A stretch of DNA of 64,000 bases from Octopus vulgaris (lineage: Eukaryota), in assembly GCA_951406725.2 (NCBI GenBank), contig OX597824.1, positions 26,598,001 to 26,662,000 of the forward strand, given 5' to 3'. The position numbers were made by a program, and so were the translations under genes. Each line of letters opens with the position of its first letter. The stretch's first letter is position 1. This document shows, one piece after another, positions 57,151 to 64,000 of this stretch. Under the pieces are notes generated by a model. The model made no database searches and was not told the DNA's origin. It saw nothing but the letters and a program-made list of their open reading frames with translations.

Positions 57151-58963
57151 ATTATTAATTTATTTTTTATTTAACCTTTTAAAAAAACGGCGGGAACTTA
57201 GTAGCCAACTGAATATATTATATTTTGATGTAAATACATAAGTTGTCTCATTGCGATTCAACATTCAGGATACAAAGGATACCATGACTCGAATTTATGA
57301 ATGAATGAATGTACTGCTCAATTTACTGTTCAATATTAAATTACCTTAATCAGAACTAATTTGGGACAAAGTAAAGAAACTCATCCCCCTGACGACGTTT
57401 CTCGTTTTTGCTTGTAATTGGCGTTAATTATATAATTTTCTCAATTTTGCACAAGGTCAGCAACTTTGTGCAGAGGGGCAATCGATTACACCGACTCCAG
57501 TGCTCAACTGGTACTTTATTTTATAAACCTTGAAATGAAATGCAAAGTTGACCGAGTTGGAATTTGAACGCAGATTGTGAAGAACCGGAAGAAATGACGC
57601 CACTCATTTTATCGACGTGCTAACGATTGTGCCAGATCGCCAATTTACTTCAATAATCAATCACTATATTTTTCAGTGGCAGTTAACCCAGTCGAACCAT
57701 GACGCGTTTATTTGCACAAGATGAATTAATGCAATTAACCGCCATTCTTAACGGGCAGACATCAACATTTTCTAGCCAAACATTTGTTTATAGTTTCTTG
57801 TGCTTCGAGATCACCAATAAAAATATATGGAATAGATCTGCAGGCGAATACACGCAGTACAGTACCAAATGATTATTATAAGGTTTATGAACAACGAGAA
57901 CTAGTGTTATGAAAGTTTTATTTCAATTTTTCTTCCATTTTATTCCAGTATCAGACAGTCGTCTTAAACAACCGAAACCAATGCATATTATATTTTTGCA
58001 TTTACTCATTTTACTCTCCCACTCATTTTTTTTCAATATGCGTAAGACGCACACACACACACAGTATCATGCAATCTGAGAATAGTGTAAACAATCAGCA
58101 CCAGTATTATCCGTTGCAAAAGAAACAAAAAAAAGAAACATCGTAAGACAATTTCTCTGTGCGCGTGTTTCCCTTGTATCTGTGAGTCTTAACGTTCAGT
58201 AATTAGATTCGGTAGCTTTTGTTGAGCAAAATACAGCCACGTGTGCGGACATATATCATTAATACCATTAAAACTCAGTTTAACTTTATTGGTAACAAAG
58301 CTAACCCATTTTCATTCTAATTTCCCGATTTTCTTTGTATTTAACGAGAAATGGTTGATTATTTTTGAAAGAGTTTTCTGGTTAGCAAACATGAAACAGA
58401 AAGCAGAGTTTCACTAAACATTAACCAAACAAAGGATCACCGGATATTTCGAAATCTGCTTACGATAGACTTCGTGACTTTTGCTGTAAGGAAAATGCAT
58501 AATTGTAAGGGTATTGTCGCTGGTATTAAAAGGCAGCGATGCGTCTGAATCGGTATCCGGCGTTTCGTCCTATACGCTCCGAGTTCAAATTCTCTCGAGA
58601 ACGAATTCGCCGTTCACGGGTGGTAACATCAGTAGTAGTTGGGCCACTGGAGTCGATTTAATCGATTCACCTCGCCGTTAAACCCGGTGTGCCAATAATA
58701 ATAATTAGCATTTGCGAACAGAAAAATGTCCCCTGAATAAAAATTTTATCTATAAGGCATGCGACTGCTTCAGATACAAAACGTTTCATGAATCAGACAC
58801 GGGGGTGGGGGAAGAAAAAAGATTGCTATGTCTTGCTAATGTTTCAAAAATGTTTCTAAAATGTCTTTATTTCGAATATGCAACAAAACAGGAAAACAAT
58901 GCGATTTTAATATCGCAAAAAAAAAATAAAAAAAAAATAAATAAATAAAATAAAAATCATTCG

Positions 58964-58969
58964 TTTAAT
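58964..58969 (-). terminator. Probable poly(A) signal of alpha-tubulin (ATTAAA)
   Basis: ATTAAA lies ~70 nt after the stop and is followed by a long U-rich tract (A-rich on +, 58917-58956). An alternative AATAAA is at 58866-58871. Confidence 0.5.
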
Positions 58970-59041
58970 AACGGAGCAACACATTCACATGTGTATAATA
59001 TACCTCTCAATCGGTTTGTAATAAAGTTTCATATATAATAT

Positions 59042-60165
59042 TTAATATTCTTCGATCTCATCTTCCGTTTCAAGTGAATCAGAACCAACTTCCTCATAAT
59101 CTTTCTCCAACGCAGCCAAATCTTCGCGCGCTTCCGTGAACTCTCCTTCCTCCATACCTTCACCAACATACCAATGAACAAAAGCTCGCTTGGCATACAT
59201 TAAGTCAAATTTATAATTCAGACGGGCCCAAGCGTCAGCAATAGCTGTCGTATTGCTCAGCAAGCACACGGCCCGTTGGACCTTGGCCATATCTCCTCCA
59301 GGGACAACGGTCGGGGGTTGGGAATTGATACCAACTTTAAACCCTGTTGGGCACCAATCCACAAACTTGATGGATTTTTTCTTTTTAATTGCTGCAATAG
59401 CAGCGTTAACATCTTTCGAGACCACATCACCTCGGTACAACAGACAACAAGCCATGTACTTCCCACGACGAGGGTCACATTTAACCATCTGATTACCGGT
59501 TTCAAAGCACGCGTTTGTTATTTCAGAAACGGTTAACTGCTCGTGGTAAGCTTTCTCAACCGATATTATTGGTGCATACGAAATCAATGGGAAATGAATA
59601 CGTGGATAAGGTACCAGGTTGGTTTGAAACTCGGTTAAATCAACATTAAGGGACCCATCAAACCTTAGAGAAGCAGTAATAGAGCTCACTACCTGAGCAA
59701 TTGGACGATTAAGGTTGATGTATCTTGGATACCCAACATCTAAATGCCTTTTACAGATATCATAAATTGCTTCATTGTCGACCATGAAAGCGCAGTCACA
59801 ATGCTCTAGAGTGGTATGAGTGGTTAAGACGGAATTGTACGGTTCTACTACAGCTGTAGAAATTCGTGGTGCCGGATAGACTGAAAATTGAAGCTTTGTC
59901 TTTTTACCAAAGTCAACACTCAGGCGCTCCATTAGCAGAGACGTAAATCCAGAACCGGTGCCGCCACCGAAACTATGAAAAATCAAGAAGCCCTGGAGGC
60001 CAGAGCATTGTTCAGTTACTTTATGAATTTGGTCACAGACCGAATCAATGATTTCCTTGCCAACGGTATAGTGACCCCTGGCGTAATTGTTGGCTGCATC
60101 CTCTTTACCACTGATGAGTTGGTTCGGGTGAAATAACTGGCTGTATTTTCCAACGCGTATTTCAT
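59042..60165 (-). CDS. TUBA: Alpha-tubulin, last coding exon (divergent isotype)
   Basis: ORF 59042-60199 encodes alpha-tubulin from DEIRVG onward, with [49 protein letters not shown] and a C-terminal EEY. The acceptor ttttccag ends at 60166, giving a phase-1 junction within the Asp codon (the conserved codon-76 intron position). The first 11 aa of the listed ORF are intronic. Confidence 0.97.
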
Positions 60166-60398
60166 CTGGAAAATAAGATTTTGAGCAATAATATATCAAA
60201 CTGGCAATATAAAAATTAAAAGATTTTTCTTATATTAGAGGAGTATGAAATGTAGAGATTCTCAAACAGTTACTTGCTTTATCAGTTCAACAAAATACTT
60301 CCATGTACGACATTCCTCAGAATATACTGCTAACAATACTTACGTTCAAATAACGGCTACATAAACATTCACTATTCCACTCGCATTTAACCGATTTT

Positions 60399-60803
60399 GG
60401 ATCTTTCCGGTTTGAACGGCAGCTTTTAACAATTTCTAGGTAACTAAAAAATTTTAAACTTCGTATACTGGTAGAATGTGTTTATAAAACATCTTTTTCT
60501 CTTCGCTTTTAGAAAATTCGATAGTTTGTAAGATATTTGTTGTTTTTTTCTTCAATTTCTGCAATTTCAACCAATCAATGCCGTCTATTGAGGTAAAAAG
60601 CATTCTGTGCTGTATAAATATGTCTCGTTTAAGAAACAGATTGGGTTTATTTACATTTGGGAAAAAAAGATACCCTTCCCCCCCACACCTACCTAACCCT
60701 AAAACAGATTGAAATGCAATAGATCGATACTAGGGTCGTAATTATAGGTGACAATTTCATATGACACCGCTAGAAAAAACTGCCGTTCAAACCGAAAAGA
60801 TCC
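60399..60803. mobile_element. MITE / non-autonomous DNA transposon in the tubulin intron
   Basis: ~24-bp TIRs (GGATCTTTCCGGTTTGAACGGCAG / CTGCCGTTCAAACCGAAAAGATCC), a 6-bp TSD GATTTT at 60393-60398 and 60804-60809, and an internal CCTAACCCTAA motif. Confidence 0.85.
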
Positions 60804-61059
60804 GATTTTATAGTCGACACATTTTACTGCCGTGATCAGTTCTGTTGTACAACACAATTTTGAAATATTTTCTAATATTTAAGAAAACGGCGTTCGGAAA
60901 TATAGCAGTAAAAAAGGAACCACTGCTTCATCACAAATCCGAGTTTTTTTCCATCAGAAAAAAAACATAGATTGATTAAACAGAACATTAAATGCGCGGT
61001 AGGTCAATTCCTTGTTTAATTCATTTTTGTAAATACAATTTTGAATCGTTTATACTTAC

Positions 61060-61276
61060 CAACAACTGAGGGCTCCAAATCGACGAATATAGCTCTGGGG
61101 ACACGTTTCCCAGAGCCTATCTCATGAAAGAATGTGCTAGACGAATCATTAGCACCAGAAGATTCAAATGATACTTGACCATTTTGTTGGATTCCATGTT
61201 CAAGGCAATAGAGCTCCCAACAGGCGTTACCTATTTGGACGCCTGCTTGTCCTATGTGAAGGCTGATACATTCTCT
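61060..61276 (-). CDS. TUBA: Alpha-tubulin exon 2
   Basis: Reverse complement reads [72 protein letters not shown]. It has a poly-T/ctcag acceptor at 61277-61290 and a G|gtaagt donor at 61059, and splices in frame to the last exon (447 aa in total with the initiator Met). Confidence 0.95.
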
Positions 61277-62875
61277 CTGAGAAAAAAAAAAATAAATAAA
61301 AAGGTTGTATAATAGAAGTGGGAGTTGAGCCTAAAAGGGAGCATTTCGGTGGTGCCTGTTAGAAACAGCAGTCGAATTCCTTCCGATCATACCCTATTGA
61401 TTAACAAAATGTTTATATCACGCAAACTCTAAATTTGGAAAAGATAGAAATGGTAACTGAAACGCATTTGAACACAAGTTTTCGCCAACAAGAGTCATGC
61501 AGAGCTACATAAGAACCTTTAAAATGGTATTTTTGGAGAAATGAAAATAACTGAAATGAGTTGTCAGAACTAAACCATTATACCACAAGAGATAATAGCA
61601 CAATATTTATAAATTCAAATCTAATTAAGCACACAAATATTTTAAAACAACCTTCATGTTTAATGTAAGTATTCCGTTCTACTTCATTTCAACACCACTT
61701 TACATCGAGACAGTTTCTTCCAGTATAGCTGTGGATCAATCTAGTAAACGGAAATGGATTTAGCGGTGGCCATGTGGAAGCCTGTCAAATAAACTGTAAG
61801 GGAAAGTAGACAATGACAATATTTTTTTTTAAATGTGCGCTCCCCTACAAAAACTATATAAGTTAAGCAAATGACCTTCCCTAAATTCTTTAAAAAATAA
61901 TCTGAATAACATTTCAGACAATTATCGCCGTTCTGAGTATATAAAACAAATTTGGCTGGAGCCAAATGAGTAAGCCAAAATAAGATAAATCTGCCTCTTC
62001 AATTTTCCAGAATCTCATTCGAAAACAGACTCGTACATCAATATTCATCCTTAGACACCAGAAAGATCAAAAACTAAAAAAAATTAAATACCTCGGTCAA
62101 ATGAAAGGCGATCAAAGGAAAACAATACATATGAAAATAGCGAAACTCAACTAAAGATAAAATATTCTCTACAGTTTCTTTACGATCTGCTGGGGTATCT
62201 CTTCCTGAGAGATTTACACACGAGGTAGTTAAAATGGGATTGAAATTAATTACTCCTTTTACACTATTTTAGGCATTTTTTGAAACTTGAAAATTATGAA
62301 ATTAGCGTGCGAAAAAAAATTTACTTGTAATCCAGCAGAGAAAAGAATATCTATTAAAAATTAGCTAGTTATTTTATTAACTTCAATCACAATTAGGTTA
62401 AAGTTATGGAAAAAATTCTTGAAATAAAACAAAAAAATATCTCCGGATTATGTTTCAGACTTCACTATACTGGCCAATTTTTGCGCCTAAATATAATGTT
62501 GTAATACATAATGATGCAGTACTTACAATGTAATGATTTCAAACAGATGAGAAAATAACGAGAAATCAGAAATTACTCACTTTATCCCCTTATTCCCACC
62601 CTTAAATAGAGAGCCTAAGTTGTTCACAAAAGTCACCCATTAGTCTTCCTAGCGATTACATAAAAGGTTCAAAATACACCGAAATAACCACTTAAGCTCC
62701 GTTTACACGTTGGCTCCCACACGTCATGTCGGTGCTCTTAGCGAGTCCCGCACGACCTACCAACCGGTGGGTTTTTTTCTTTCTCTTAAAGCTGGTATGT
62801 TCCGATTTCTTAGATTTGTGCTTTTGCTAAGAGAATTTAATAGACTTTATATTTTCGTTTTACTTCTGATTTTAC

Positions 62876-62974
62876 CATGAAGTAAAAAAGATTCAATGAC
62901 AAAATTGTCTCAAACAAAAATAGTTAATTCTTTGAAAAAAAATTATCCAATAGAAATAATATTTTACTTGCCAT
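62876..62974 (-). CDS. Candidate ATG-only first coding exon of alpha-tubulin (two alternatives)
   Basis: Exon 2 starts at codon 2, so an ATG followed by a donor is needed. Candidates are ATG|gtaaaa (ATG 62876-62878) and ATG|gcaagt (ATG 62972-62974, GC donor). The real exon could also lie further away. Confidence 0.4.
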
Positions 62975-63735
62975 GGAAATCAAAATAGTTCTTTTTGAAA
63001 AAAGAATTTCGAGATCTTCCAATAGAAGAGAGCTAAAATTTTTAATTGACACGGTGTGGTATGTAAGATGTGATATGAACTAGGGTACCAAACGACTCTC
63101 CGGTGGAATGTGGGTATCTAACATTGCAATCCTTACCTCAGTATAGAGTAAAAATATTACGCCGCTCATGTCAAAATTAAGATAACGTATTGGGACCCTG
63201 GGATAAAACTAATGAGTCTAGAGACCCGACGTGTTAACAGTAAAAGCTGTACGACAGACACGGAAAACATACCCAGAAAATATTGCAGTTTCAAAATAGA
63301 AAGAGACTATATTAAATAACTGAAAATATTAGTAAATTATGACAAACGATTTAAATTCAAAATTGTATTTAATATTTTTTATATAGTTCTAAATACAATT
63401 TTGTGAAGACTAGAAAATTGTTAATGTAGACCGAGTTGAAATTAAATGCAGTTTTGTAATACAAAAATTGTTAATGGGTTAATTATAAGCAAGGGATACG
63501 AATAGAGGGGTAATTTTTCCAATGAAGAGGGATTGTACAAGTCTATATCTCTTCGTTGTAAATTTTGAAGAGATTTTCTCTAAGTTTTCACGGTCGCACT
63601 TATGTAGCTCTAGACAAAAATCACTGATTTTTAAAAATTCTTAACGACATACTAACTAAAAATCAAAGAGGTTTTTTTTTTCTAAATGCTTTTAGAGTTT
63701 TCTATACGTTTGTTTCTCATGTAATGTAGTATGCG

Positions 63736-63748
63736 GTTACATGGCAAC
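63736..63748. promoter_or_regulatory. RFX X-box-like motif upstream of alpha-tubulin
   Basis: GTTACATGGCAAC resembles the X-box palindrome GTTRCCATGGYAAC. A second similar motif, CTTGCCATGGAAAT, lies at 62967-62980. Confidence 0.4.
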
Positions 63749-64000
63749 TTTTGGCTGTCATGTTGCTTTGAAATCTAGATGAAAATTCTATTTTATAAAA
63801 TTCAATATTTTTTGCTATTATGCAAAAGGGTCGAAAGTCCCAAACGCTGCTTTTTCAGAATGAAAAAAAAAAGTTTCACCATTCCACAGCAAAACCGTTG
63901 TACTACACTTTGACAATTTTCGATATCTTGCCATCTGAAGCAACTAGAGATACAATATTTCGGCTAAAAGAACCGGCTATTGCAAATGAAAATAAATACT

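Noticed and set aside
60166-60199. N-terminus [11 protein letters not shown] of the 385-aa ORF
   Set aside because: It is intronic read-through upstream of the splice acceptor.

Overview
Eukaryotic, AT-rich and extremely microsatellite-dense genomic DNA. The repeat landscape ((TA)n/(TACA)n/(TATC)n tracts plus two very abundant tRNA-derived SINE families) points to an octopus or other coleoid cephalopod (inference). Nearly all listed ORFs are simple-repeat artefacts. The only clear host gene is a divergent spliced alpha-tubulin on the minus strand (exons 61060-61276 and 59042-60165, plus an unplaced ATG-only first exon). It lacks the K40 acetylation lysine and has RFX X-box-like motifs upstream. 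The rest is a mobile-element graveyard: SINEs, CR1-group, L1/Tx1 and R4-like LINE remnants, a Penelope-like element, a rearranged mariner, a Helitron, a HINE and a MITE. There is also a 26-bp variant-unit minisatellite and a 1.2-kb tandem duplication. The most notable hidden signal is about a dozen type I hammerhead-ribozyme motifs. These include a ~200-bp non-coding, microsatellite-embedded, retrozyme-like family carrying a shared CUGUNGA (A6U) core variant, one textbook minimal hammerhead, and long-stem-II hammerheads tied to the Penelope-like element.
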